Both the position numbers and the translations under genes were made by a program. A DNA stretch of 64,000 nucleotides from Actinomycetes bacterium (GTDB taxonomy: Bacteria > Actinomycetota > Acidimicrobiia > IMCC26256 > VFJJ01). Shown piece by piece: positions 16,489 to 24,608 of this stretch. Below the pieces are notes generated by a model. It was not told where the DNA came from. It worked only from the letters and a program-made list of their open reading frames with translations, and did not search any database. Each line of letters opens with the position of its first letter. The first letter of the stretch is position 1. The stretch lies in the NCBI GenBank assembly GCA_031362415.1, contig JANLSK010000006.1:21868-85867 (forward strand). The letters run 5' to 3'.

Positions 16489-19400
16489 TCAGCGGGAACA
16501 GGTCGACCGGGTGGCTTGACCGGGAAGGTATCGATCCCATTCGCCGGGAGTGAGCTCGCGTCCGGCGACCGCACAGGCTGCGGCTCGCCAATCGGCTGGA
16601 TCGAGAGACCAGATCATCGGGGCGTCGCTGCCCACATACAGCGACGCACCGTCGGGGCTGAACGCCGGGACGAAGGGTATCTCCGGACGGTCGGGCTCAG
16701 GAATGGCGGCGACGGTGACCGGGAGCGCGCCTCCCACCAGGCTGCCACCGATGGGTGCACCGGTAGCGGTGTCCCAGAGCTGGGTCGTGGCGAACTCGGT
16801 CGTCGAGGCGAGAAGTGATCCGTCGACGTTGAACGCCAGGCCCCGCACGGGATAGAGACTCTGCTCGCCGGCTGGCGCCGCCGGTTCGAGCGTGTCCGCA
16901 TCCCAGAGCTGCACGGTGCCGCCGGAAGTTCCGGTGGCGATCCGTCGACCGTCAGGCCCCCACGCGACAGCGAAGAACGGGACGTCGACGCTCTCCAGAT
17001 AACCCGCTTCGAGCGTGCGACCTTCGACGTCGATCAGACGCACGACATTGTTGTCCACAACGGCGGCGAGGCGATCGCCGTCGGGTGAGAAGGCCAGGCC
17101 TATCGCCGAGCCGCCGACGGTCGTGACGGCGTCTCCAACGGGTTCGAGCGTGACCGCGTCGAGGAAGATGATGTCATGAGTCAGTCGGTCGCTCGCTTGA
17201 TCGGCTCCCACCGCCACCAAGGCGCCCGACGGGTCCCAGGCGACGGCTTCCACGGGATGATCGAAGCGAACCGGTCCGCCCACGGTCGTGCCGTCAGCGA
17301 CGTCGAGCACGGCCAGCCGGCCGTCCGCGCCACCGAGGGCGATCCGGGTGCCGGTCGCATCGAGGGCCGCGGTCCAGATCGGCTCCCCGGTCTCGACGTG
17401 CCAGCGCGTCGTATCGGTACCGACCTCTCGCGCCGTCACCGATCCGTCGAAGGAAGCGGTCAGGATGGTTTCGCCGTCAGGCAGTGCCATCACGGCCACG
17501 ACCGCGTCGCTGTGGCCGGTGATCGGACGACCGAACGAACGTGAACCGTCGAGGCTCCAGACCGACCCGGTGCGGTCGCTCCCGGCGATGGCGAGGTGCG
17601 ACCCGTCGGGGCTGAACGCGACGTCGTTGACCTCACCGGCCAGCCCGGTCAACGGAGGAGCGGCGAGGCGGCCGGTGGCGCTGGCGAAGAGTCGGGTGGA
17701 GCCGAGGAACCCGCCGACGGCGATCAGGGATCCATCGGGCGAGAAGGCGATCGCCGAGGCGACGTCGCCGTCGAGGTCGAAACGCCGAATCGGCATGACC
17801 CGAGCGCTCCCGATGGCTTCCCGTGACAGTTGGGCGAGGACGACCTCCCCCAACTCGTTGCCGATGGCGAGACGCCCGCCGCCCGGGTCGTAGGCGATGG
17901 CCGTCGGGAGCGCCTCGGCGTGCAGCAACGCGCTCACGTCGACATCCATGGCAGTGGTCGTACCCGGAGCCGCATCCGGGCCGGGCACCGGACCTGGCGC
18001 CCGGGCCACGGCGCGTATCGTCAGCATCCCGTTGCTGGACACGACGACGAGGGAGGTGCCGGCAACGCCGATGGCCCAGGGTTGGTCGACAACGCGCTCG
18101 ACGGCTTCGGCGACGCCCCGGTCGATATCGACCATCTGGATCGCCGCCACCCAGTCGGGCTCCTCCGAGAACCGGGTCGCGGAGATGGGATATCCCGCAA
18201 CGGCGACATGGGTGTCGTCGATGACGATGACACGCTCAGGCAGAACACCGAGCGGCAGGCTGGCGCGCTGCTGTCGTGTCGTCACGTCCCACACCTGCAG
18301 AGTTGCCGCGGCTGATGCGAACTCGTTCTCGGTGCGCTGCTCGGCCACACCGACCACGACGACGGTGCTGCCGCTGGGCGTGAAGGCGGCGTCGAAGTCG
18401 ATCTGGAATTCCTCCCCGGTGGCCAACGGTTCGCCCGTCGGACGATAGGTAGCCGTATCCCACGTGAACGTGCCCGTCGAGTCGGATGTGGGTGCGACCA
18501 GCTTCGTGGCGTCGGGCGACCAGGCCAGCGATTCGAAGCCCGACTCCACGCCGTGGAGCTTCGCCACGAGCATCGGCTGGGCGGCCAGCGCATGCAGCAG
18601 GGCGCTGCGCGTATCGACGGTGTCGCGGCGGCGGTTCGCCTCGACAGCCAGCAACAGAGCCAGATCGGGTTGCGTGGCCGCCGCCGTCCGGGCCTCGGCA
18701 CCCAGGCGGGCGATGTCGGCGTTGGCGCTGGCGTTGTCGGCCCGGTCACGTTGGTCAGACGTCCGACCGAGCTGCACCACGGCTACGACGGCCGCCACCA
18801 TGGCGACGACCAGCGCGAACGCGACACTTACCAGTAAACGCCGCAGGCGCCGGTTGACGACCCCGGCTCGGCGGGCCTCGTCGGCGTGCGTTGCGACCGA
18901 CGCCTCGATGAACAACGTCTCGGTCACCGTCAACGAAACACGGTCGGTCAGCTCGACCGCTCCCGCGAGGCGCCCGCCACGGTAGAGCTCGGCGGGGTCG
19001 TGGCTGGCCGTGGTCCAGGCGCCGGCCGCGGCCGTGAGATGGCGGTGGCGGCGGAGATCGTCGCGTTGATCGGCGATCCAATCAGCCAGCCGGGGCCATT
19101 CCCGCAGCAACGACTCGTGCGCCGGTGCAACGGTGTGACCGTCGACGGTCACGAGGCGTGCGGCGGCGAGACGGTCGACGAGGCGATCGATCGACTCGTG
19201 CTCGCCCAGATCGCGTAGCTCGTCGAGGTCGACCCGGCGCCGGCTGTCGGCCGTGCCTTCGCCCGGCTGCACCATGCGCATGAGCACAGCGCGAACCGTC
19301 TGGCGGTCGGTGTCTCCGAGGCTCCCGAACACGGCTTCGGCCGACGTCGCGATGGCGCCGTGCACTCCGCCGGCGGCGCGATATCCGGCGACGGTCAGGG

Positions 19401-21372
19401 TCCGACCGTCGCGTCGCAACCAGGTTTCACGCATGGCCTGAGCGACGAGCGGCAACGCCCCGGGCTCGTCGCCGGCGTCGGCCAGGACCAGCTCGGCCAG
19501 CCCGGCCTCGAGCCGGAGACCGCGTCGCTCGGCGGGAACCTCGATGGCTGCTCGCAGTTGATCGGGACGCATCGGGGCGAGCAGCAGATGACGACTCGCC
19601 ACGGCGTCGGCGAAGTGGGGGAAACGGGAGAGCTCGCCCAGCGCGTCGCCCCGTAGGCCCACCACGACGCCGGCGGGGTGAGCGCACAGCCGCTCGACGA
19701 AGACCCGTCGAGCATCCTTGTCGTCGCACAAGGTGAACAGCTCCTCGAGCTGATCGACGATGACCACACCGTCCCCGAGGCGGTCCAACGCCTGGAGGGG
19801 ATGGGCGCCCGGGGTGCACACGGTGGCCCCGGGGAGGTGCGGCAACAGGCCAGCGCGCAGCAGCGAGCTCTTGCCGCTGCCCGACGCCCCCAGCACGGCC
19901 ACGACCCGTCCGGGCCCGACCAACTGGCGCAGCATGACGACGGCGTCATCCCGGCCGACGTAGACATCGGCATCTTCCGGCTCGAAGCTGGCCAGCCCGG
20001 GGTAGGGCGCTACCGCGGGATCGGGCGGAACGTCGAGCCCCGCGGCCGACACCGCGACCACGTGATCGGGCGGGCCGACACCACCCAGATGATGGGCGCC
20101 GAGGGCGACCAGGCCGATGCCATCGAGGTGCTCGGCGGCGACGAGGCCCGCCGTCGTCGCCGAGAGCAGCACCTGGCCGGCTCCGGCGAGGTCTCGAATC
20201 TCCCCGGCCCGGTTCACCGTGGTCCCGTGCCCGCCTCGCTCTCCGAGCCCGGGGTGGCCTCCAATGACCGAGAGCTCACCGGTGTGCACACCCGAGCACA
20301 CTTCGATGACCGGATCGCATGTGCCGACGAGGTCGCGGTTGATCGCAACTGCGGCCCGCACCGCCTGCGCGGCGCGGGTGAACACCGAGACCGTGGTCTC
20401 GCCGTGGGTCGCAGCGCCGATACCCCGGCCACCGTGGTGCTCGACGATGCGATCGACGATCAGGTCGTGGCGGGCCAACGCCGCCGGCATCGCCAACCCG
20501 TGCGTCTGCCACAACGTCGCGAAGCGGGAGATGCGCGTCGTGAGAATCGTCACCGTGCCCGTGGGCAACGTGTCGGGCTCACCGGCGCGCAGCATCTCCA
20601 CGAACTCGCCGACGGTCGGGGGACGGCGGCCGGGGTCGATGGCCAAGCCCCTCCGGATCGCCACTTCGAGGTGCTCGGCCCGCGCCGGCTCGATGCCGCT
20701 CCACCGGGGGAGCACCCCCGTCGGGGGCCCACCGGTGAGCAATGCGAACACCGTGGCGGCCAGCCCGTAGATGTCGGCTGCCGGCCCCGGCTCGTCACCC
20801 ACCATCAACTCCGGTGCCCGATAGCCGGGCGTACCACCTCGCTGCACGAGTCCCGGCAGCGACGACACGCCGAGGTCGACGCACACGATCCGTCCTTGCC
20901 GATCGAGCACGAGGTTGGCCGGCTTCACGTCGCAATGGACGATCGGAGGATCGTGGCGATGGAGGTGCGTCAGGGCCTCGGCGGCCTGGGCGGCCCAGCG
21001 CAGCACCGTGGACGGGGGCAGCCCGGGCGTGCCGTCGGTGGCCAACACGCGCCCGAGGTCGATGCCGTCGACCCAGTCGAGGACCACGACATGCTGGTCG
21101 TGCTCGAAGAAGTCGTCGCGCACGACCGGCAGCCCGGGGTGCGGCGCCAGCTCGAGCAACGTACGAACCTCACCCAGGACCCGCTCGGCTTCGAGCGGGT
21201 TGGCGGGGATCCGGCGGATCTTCAGGGCCACGAACCGGTCGTGGCGGGTATCGAGCGCCTTGACCACGGTCCCCTGACCGCCCCGACCCACCGTCTCGAC
21301 CACGTCGTAGCGCTGGCGTATTCGTTGCGAGCCGCCCGTTCGTTGCGAGCCGCCAGCTGGGGCCGACGGCAT
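16489..21372 (-). CDS. multidomain signalling protein (1627 aa): Ser/Thr protein kinase, degenerate class III cyclase-homology domain, STAND P-loop NTPase, TM helix, WD40 beta-propeller repeats
   Basis: Start at ATG 21372..21370 overlaps the stop of the upstream FHA-LuxR gene (ATGA). Motifs seen are GRGGQGTV..VALK, HCDVKPANLVL, DLG, YRAPE (kinase). Then GTVTILTTRISRF..GVHTGE..GTTVNRA (cyclase-like) and GASGSGKSSLLRAGL plus VVIVDQLEELF (Walker A/B). RRLLVSVAFALVVAMVAAVVAVV is the TM helix. Many AFSPDG-type WD40 blades follow. Confidence 0.9.
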   Translation of the reverse strand: MPSAPAGGSQRTGGSQRIRQRYDVVETVGRGGQGTVVKALDTRHDRFVALKIRRIPANPLEAERVLGEVRTLLELAPHPGLPVVRDDFFEHDQHVVVLDWVDGIDLGRVLATDGTPGLPPSTVLRWAAQAAEALTHLHRHDPPIVHCDVKPANLVLDRQGRIVCVDLGVSSLPGLVQRGGTPGYRAPELMVGDEPGPAADIYGLAATVFALLTGGPPTGVLPRWSGIEPARAEHLEVAIRRGLAIDPGRRPPTVGEFVEMLRAGEPDTLPTGTVTILTTRISRFATLWQTHGLAMPAALARHDLIVDRIVEHHGGRGIGAATHGETTVSVFTRAAQAVRAAVAINRDLVGTCDPVIEVCSGVHTGELSVIGGHPGLGERGGHGTTVNRAGEIRDLAGAGQVLLSATTAGLVAAEHLDGIGLVALGAHHLGGVGPPDHVVAVSAAGLDVPPDPAVAPYPGLASFEPEDADVYVGRDDAVVMLRQLVGPGRVVAVLGASGSGKSSLLRAGLLPHLPGATVCTPGAHPLQALDRLGDGVVIVDQLEELFTLCDDKDARRVFVERLCAHPAGVVVGLRGDALGELSRFPHFADAVASRHLLLAPMRPDQLRAAIEVPAERRGLRLEAGLAELVLADAGDEPGALPLVAQAMRETWLRRDGRTLTVAGYRAAGGVHGAIATSAEAVFGSLGDTDRQTVRAVLMRMVQPGEGTADSRRRVDLDELRDLGEHESIDRLVDRLAAARLVTVDGHTVAPAHESLLREWPRLADWIADQRDDLRRHRHLTAAAGAWTTASHDPAELYRGGRLAGAVELTDRVSLTVTETLFIEASVATHADEARRAGVVNRRLRRLLVSVAFALVVAMVAAVVAVVQLGRTSDQRDRADNASANADIARLGAEARTAAATQPDLALLLAVEANRRRDTVDTRSALLHALAAQPMLVAKLHGVESGFESLAWSPDATKLVAPTSDSTGTFTWDTATYRPTGEPLATGEEFQIDFDAAFTPSGSTVVVVGVAEQRTENEFASAAATLQVWDVTTRQQRASLPLGVLPERVIVIDDTHVAVAGYPISATRFSEEPDWVAAIQMVDIDRGVAEAVERVVDQPWAIGVAGTSLVVVSSNGMLTIRAVARAPGPVPGPDAAPGTTTAMDVDVSALLHAEALPTAIAYDPGGGRLAIGNELGEVVLAQLSREAIGSARVMPIRRFDLDGDVASAIAFSPDGSLIAVGGFLGSTRLFASATGRLAAPPLTGLAGEVNDVAFSPDGSHLAIAGSDRTGSVWSLDGSRSFGRPITGHSDAVVAVMALPDGETILTASFDGSVTAREVGTDTTRWHVETGEPIWTAALDATGTRIALGGADGRLAVLDVADGTTVGGPVRFDHPVEAVAWDPSGALVAVGADQASDRLTHDIIFLDAVTLEPVGDAVTTVGGSAIGLAFSPDGDRLAAVVDNNVVRLIDVEGRTLEAGYLESVDVPFFAVAWGPDGRRIATGTSGGTVQLWDADTLEPAAPAGEQSLYPVRGLAFNVDGSLLASTTEFATTQLWDTATGAPIGGSLVGGALPVTVAAIPEPDRPEIPFVPAFSPDGASLYVGSDAPMIWSLDPADWRAAACAVAGRELTPGEWDRYLPGQATRSTCSR
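16492..18660 (-). other. WD40/beta-propeller repeat region (aa ~905-1627), predicted extracytoplasmic
   Basis: Recurrent blades include SLAWSPDATKLV, AIAFSPDGSLIAVGG, DVAFSPDGSHLAIAG, GLAFSPDGDRLAAV, AVAWGPDGRRIATG...VQLWD and GLAFNVDGSLLAS...TQLWD. The tail is ACAVAGRELTPGEWDRYLP. Confidence 0.8.
18769..18837 (-). other. single predicted transmembrane helix separating the NTPase from the WD40 region
   Basis: RRLRRLLVSVAFALVVAMVAAVVAVVQLGR. A positive cluster lies on the N-terminal side and about 22 hydrophobic residues follow. Confidence 0.7.
19003..20010 (-). other. STAND-type P-loop NTPase plus winged-helix region (aa ~455-790)
   Basis: PYPGLASFEPEDADVYVGRD precedes Walker A VLGASGSGKSSLLRAGLLP. 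Walker B is VVIVDQLEELF. Downstream are LVTVDG...AHESLLREWPRL..W. Confidence 0.75.
20053..20562 (-). other. cyclase-homology domain with substituted metal-binding residues (aa ~271-440)
   Basis: GTVTILTTRISRFATLW sits where class III cyclases have vTvlFtDIvgFT, so Asp is replaced by Arg. HGETTVSVF sits where GD..ma.F is expected, so Asp is replaced by Glu. GVHTGE and G.TVNRAGEI are retained. Confidence 0.6.
20587..21309 (-). other. Hanks-type Ser/Thr kinase domain of the 1627-aa protein (aa ~22-262)
   Basis: Gly loop GRGGQGTV and VALKI lysine. The catalytic loop is HCDVKPAN (HRD replaced by HCD). DLG replaces DFG. GTPGYRAPE is present. Confidence 0.85.
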
Positions 21373-21971
21373 CAGCTGGCGCCGAGATCGGTGATGCTCA
21401 CCGCACCGGTGGCGAGTGCAGCGTTGGCGAGGCGGGAACGGCGGCGTTCCCCTCCGACCACCCTGAACTTGTCGTACAACCGTCCCAGGTGCTGCTTCAC
21501 CGCCGCGTCGCTCACGATGAGCGCAGCCGCGATCTGGCGCACCGAGGCCGGTTCGGTGAACGGGTCGCCCGACAGCAGCGGCTGGCACAGAGCGATCAGC
21601 ACGTCACGCTCGCGAGCCGTCAGCACCGGCACCTCGTCGGTCACCAGTGTCTCGGAGCCGCCCATGCTGCCCACGCCGCGCAGCACCAGACGAGCGCGTC
21701 CGAGGCGTATCTCGTCCGACGCTCGCACGACTCGGCGTACCTGCACCCGCTCGCCGTTCACGAACGTGCCGTTGCGCGACGCCAGGTCCTGCACGAACCA
21801 CGAACCGCCCAGCCACTCCAGCAGGGCGTGGACCCGCGAGACCGAGGCGTCGACGACCACGATGTCAGCCGCCGATGAGCTGCCGATGGTCGCCCGATCA
21901 GCGGGGATCGTCAGCAACTCGCGGCCTGCCCCGGTCCACAGCTCGAGATGTCCTTCCACGCGCTCCATCAT
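21372..21971 (-). CDS. FHA domain plus LuxR/GerE-type HTH transcriptional regulator
   Basis: MMERVEGHLELW... starts from ATG 21971. The FHA core is ATIGSSSAADIVVVDASVSRVHALLEW..WFVQDLASRNGTFVNGERV. The C-terminal LTARERDVLIALC...SVRQIAAALIVSDAAVKQHLGRLYDKF is a GerE HTH. Confidence 0.85.
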   Translation of the reverse strand: MMERVEGHLELWTGAGRELLTIPADRATIGSSSAADIVVVDASVSRVHALLEWLGGSWFVQDLASRNGTFVNGERVQVRRVVRASDEIRLGRARLVLRGVGSMGGSETLVTDEVPVLTARERDVLIALCQPLLSGDPFTEPASVRQIAAALIVSDAAVKQHLGRLYDKFRVVGGERRRSRLANAALATGAVSITDLGAS

Positions 21972-21988
21972 CGCGCCGCCCGACACAT

Positions 21989-22881
21989 TCACACCCCGCA
22001 GATCTGCTCGTCGTAGGCCAGGACCCGGGCGTGATGGTCGCGAATGGCAGGATCGGTCTGCTGGACGATGGCTCGATCCTCGGGCGTGCCCTCGAGGATG
22101 AGCCGTCGGAGGTCGTAGTCGAAGGCGATCAGGACCTCGGGGCCGCGCGTTCGCAGCCACTCGGTCAACGCCTCGACATCTGCGGCGATCACCGCGGGTG
22201 CGTTGGCGGCCTGGGCGTCGAGGACCATCGTGTATCCAGGGCTCTCGATGAACGCTCTGAGCAGTGCGGGTTCGAAGGCCGAATTCACGACCGCGGCGTA
22301 CCCGTCATCGAACGCGGCCACGGTCTCGCAGTAGTCAGCCGCTGTCGGGTCGTCCGCGAAGCTCACCTCGGCGGCTCCTCCCGGACCGGTACCGCAGACC
22401 TGGCTCTCGTAGGCCAGGATGGCAGCCTGGGCGGCCTGCACGTCGGGGGGTGGCTCCAGCGCCTGTTCCGCCGGGGTGCCCTCGGATCCGATGCGCTCCA
22501 CGTCGAAGTCGTACGTCTCGAGCACCGGTGTCAGCATCGTCATGATGGTCTCGTTGTTGAGCACCCAATGCTCCCTGATGCTCGCAGGCGACTGCGCCAA
22601 TGCGGTATCGATGAACTCGAGGTACTCGGCCCAATAGGCCCTAACGCGGCCGGATTGGCCTGATCGTCACCGTCACCGTCGAGCTCGTGCACCGTCCAGA
22701 CGCGAGCGGTGTCGCAGTACGCGCTGTCGGGATCGTCGAGCAACGCGCCGGCAGCATCGTCGTCGCCCCCTCCACACGACGATATGAGCAGCGCCACCGC
22801 CAAACCCGTCACCGCCCGCTTGGTTGCTCCATGCCAGTGTTGTCTTACGAGATAGGTACGCCCGAGGCGTCGAATGGTCAT
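21989..22881 (-). pseudogene. paralogous two-repeat Cys-pair lipoprotein, interrupted by one frameshift (or an assembly indel)
   Basis: ORF 22540..22881 supplies the signal peptide and lipobox (LAVALLISSCGGGDDD) and the start of repeat 1 (SAYCDTARVW...). ORF 21989..22600, in another frame, supplies the end of repeat 1 (...AYESQVCG) and all of repeat 2 (ADYCETVAAF...AYDEQICGV). The frames can be joined near 22641..22652. Confidence 0.6.
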
Positions 22882-23225
22882 GGCGACATCATCCGTGAAG
22901 CGCGACGGCCCAAGCGATGGCGCGACCGCGCTATCTCCCTGTCCCCGGGATAAGGCTCATGTGACGAGAGGGACAGGGCACACCGAGCCGGACGCTCGAA
23001 CCCAGGACTGCCTGACACAGGCGCACGGAGCGACATCCGGTCGTGAAGACCGCTTCGCGCGGGCGGGGTGGAGTTCCGCCACCCAGTGACGACCCGGGAG
23101 GTGATCGTCGCCGAGCTGGGTCACTCGATCGCCAGATCGAGGTCGCCAAACCCGGAGCGGCCGGCATCCCAGTCCCGTCCTGTTCCGCCACGGTCTCGAG
23201 GACCTCGCGGGAAGGCCCATCTGGC

Positions 23226-23366
23226 CTCGTCGCTACCGCCGATGAGCACCAGCGCGTCGAAGTGCTCCAGCCGTTCGACGGCCGCGTCGACGGTGAGCGG
23301 CACCGGAGGCTGCACGGCCTCCACGCCGCCGGCGCGCCGAATGGCCTCCAGGGCTGGCCCCGCAAC
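23226..23366 (-). pseudogene. internal fragment of a second C26 glutamine-amidotransferase gene (paralog of 14133..14870)
   Basis: Minus-strand translation after TGA 23369..23367 is VAGPALEAIRRAGGVEAVQPPVPLTVDAAVERLEHFDALVLIGGSDE. The intact paralog reads AYIDAIQRAGGLEAVQLPIPLTDDAAAERLERFDGLVLIGGGDVD. DNA 23231..23360 aligns by eye with 14650..14780. No catalytic Cys/His region follows. Confidence 0.6.
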
Positions 23367-23405
23367 TCACGACGGCAGTTCACGGCCGCAGCTCGGGGCC
23401 GCCGT

Positions 23406-24608
23406 TCAGGGACGGGGCTCGCGGGGAAGTCCCAACGAGCGTTCTCCGATCACGTTCTTCATGATCTCGGTGGTGCCACCAGCGATGGTCATTGAACGGC
23501 TCGCGATGAGTCGGTTCCCGGCCGCCATGTCGTCGGTGCTGAGACCGGCGATTGCTTCGAGGCCGACCGTTGACGCTCCGAGCTCGGCCAGTCGCTGGGC
23601 CAGGATCGACCAGGCCAGCTTGATGACCGACGACACCGCTCCCGGGGCTGCGGCGCCCGTCATCTCGGCCAGGGCTCGCGAGCCCATCCACTGCAGGATG
23701 CGCGACCCGCTGTAGAGGCGGCTCGCCTCCTGGCGGTGCACGCCCACGAGCCCGCCCGGCCGGCCAGGAGCCCCTCCCGGGCCGCCCGAGCCTCCGCGAC
23801 TGCCACCGGTGCCACGGTCACCGAGCACGAGTCGCTCGACGTCCTCGACGAGGTTCCCGGCGATCGAGATCACGCCGGCACGCTCGAAACCCAGCGTGGC
23901 CATGGTGACACGCCAGCCGTCGTTCACGGCGCCGAGCACCGAGTCGGCCGGCACGTGCACGTCGGTGAAGTGCATCTCGGCGAAATCGCTGTCGCCGCTG
24001 ATCTGGGTGATGGGACGGCGCTCGATGCCCGGGAGATCGAGGGGCACCATGAGCGCCGAGATGCCCTTGTGGGCTGGAGCCACGAGGTCGGTGCGCACCA
24101 GCAGCATGCAGTGCGTCGCCCACATGCCGATCGACGTCCAGACCTTGGAACCATTGACGATCCAGGTGTCGCCGTCGAGCTCGGCCCGGCAGCGCAGGCC
24201 AGCGAGATCGCTGCCCGCGTCGGGCTCGCTGAAGCCCTGGCACCACACTTCCTCGGCCGTCAGGATCCGTCCCAGGCTGAGACGCTGCTCGGGCGTGCCG
24301 TGCACGGCGATGGTCGGGCCCACGTTCTTCACGCCGAACACCGCGACCTGGCGAGGCGCGCCGGCCCGGTGGAACTCGGCGTCGCAGGCCACCTGCTCGG
24401 CCACATCGAGGCCGCGGCCGCCGATGTCGGCGGGCCAGGCCGGCGCGGTCCAGCCGTGGCGGCCGAGCGTACGTTGGAAGTCGATCCAGGCTTCCCAGCT
24501 CCCGTGGGCGCCGAAGCGGGCCCGGTGCTCGGGAACGATGACCGCCAGGAGCTCACGCAGCTCCTCGTGCGGTCGGGGGGACAGGTGCGCGGGGACGAGT
24601 TGGCTCAT
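23406..24608 (-). CDS. acyl-CoA dehydrogenase family protein
   Basis: MSQLVPAHL... starts from ATG 24608, which overlaps the upstream stop (ATGA). Contains WCQGFSEPDAGSDLAGL, NGSKVWTS and TIAGGTTEIMKNVIGERSLGLP. Confidence 0.85.
   Translation of the reverse strand: MSQLVPAHLSPRPHEELRELLAVIVPEHRARFGAHGSWEAWIDFQRTLGRHGWTAPAWPADIGGRGLDVAEQVACDAEFHRAGAPRQVAVFGVKNVGPTIAVHGTPEQRLSLGRILTAEEVWCQGFSEPDAGSDLAGLRCRAELDGDTWIVNGSKVWTSIGMWATHCMLLVRTDLVAPAHKGISALMVPLDLPGIERRPITQISGDSDFAEMHFTDVHVPADSVLGAVNDGWRVTMATLGFERAGVISIAGNLVEDVERLVLGDRGTGGSRGGSGGPGGAPGRPGGLVGVHRQEASRLYSGSRILQWMGSRALAEMTGAAAPGAVSSVIKLAWSILAQRLAELGASTVGLEAIAGLSTDDMAAGNRLIASRSMTIAGGTTEIMKNVIGERSLGLPREPRP

Noticed and set aside
16489-21588. 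N-terminal extensions of several track ORFs (16489..21588, 8445..10211, 15042..16574, 23406..24998, 51240..53048, 30676..33390, 7042..8634, 21372..22160)
   Set aside because: The extended parts are compositionally junk-like. The internal starts I chose coincide with SD sequences, signal peptides, Rossmann motifs at the expected distance from the N-terminus, or 4-nt start/stop overlaps with the upstream gene.
22882-23225. ORFs 22931..23383 (-) and 22957..23220 (-) as real genes between the lipoprotein pseudogene and the acyl-CoA dehydrogenase operon
   Set aside because: Their translations are Arg/Pro/Trp-rich with no motifs. The only recognisable coding signal in this gap is the amidotransferase fragment, which is in a different frame.
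23367-23369. The TGA preceding the amidotransferase fragment as a recoding site
   Set aside because: The upstream in-frame sequence (…ELPS) does not match the paralog, and the fragment lacks all catalytic regions. It is a relic.
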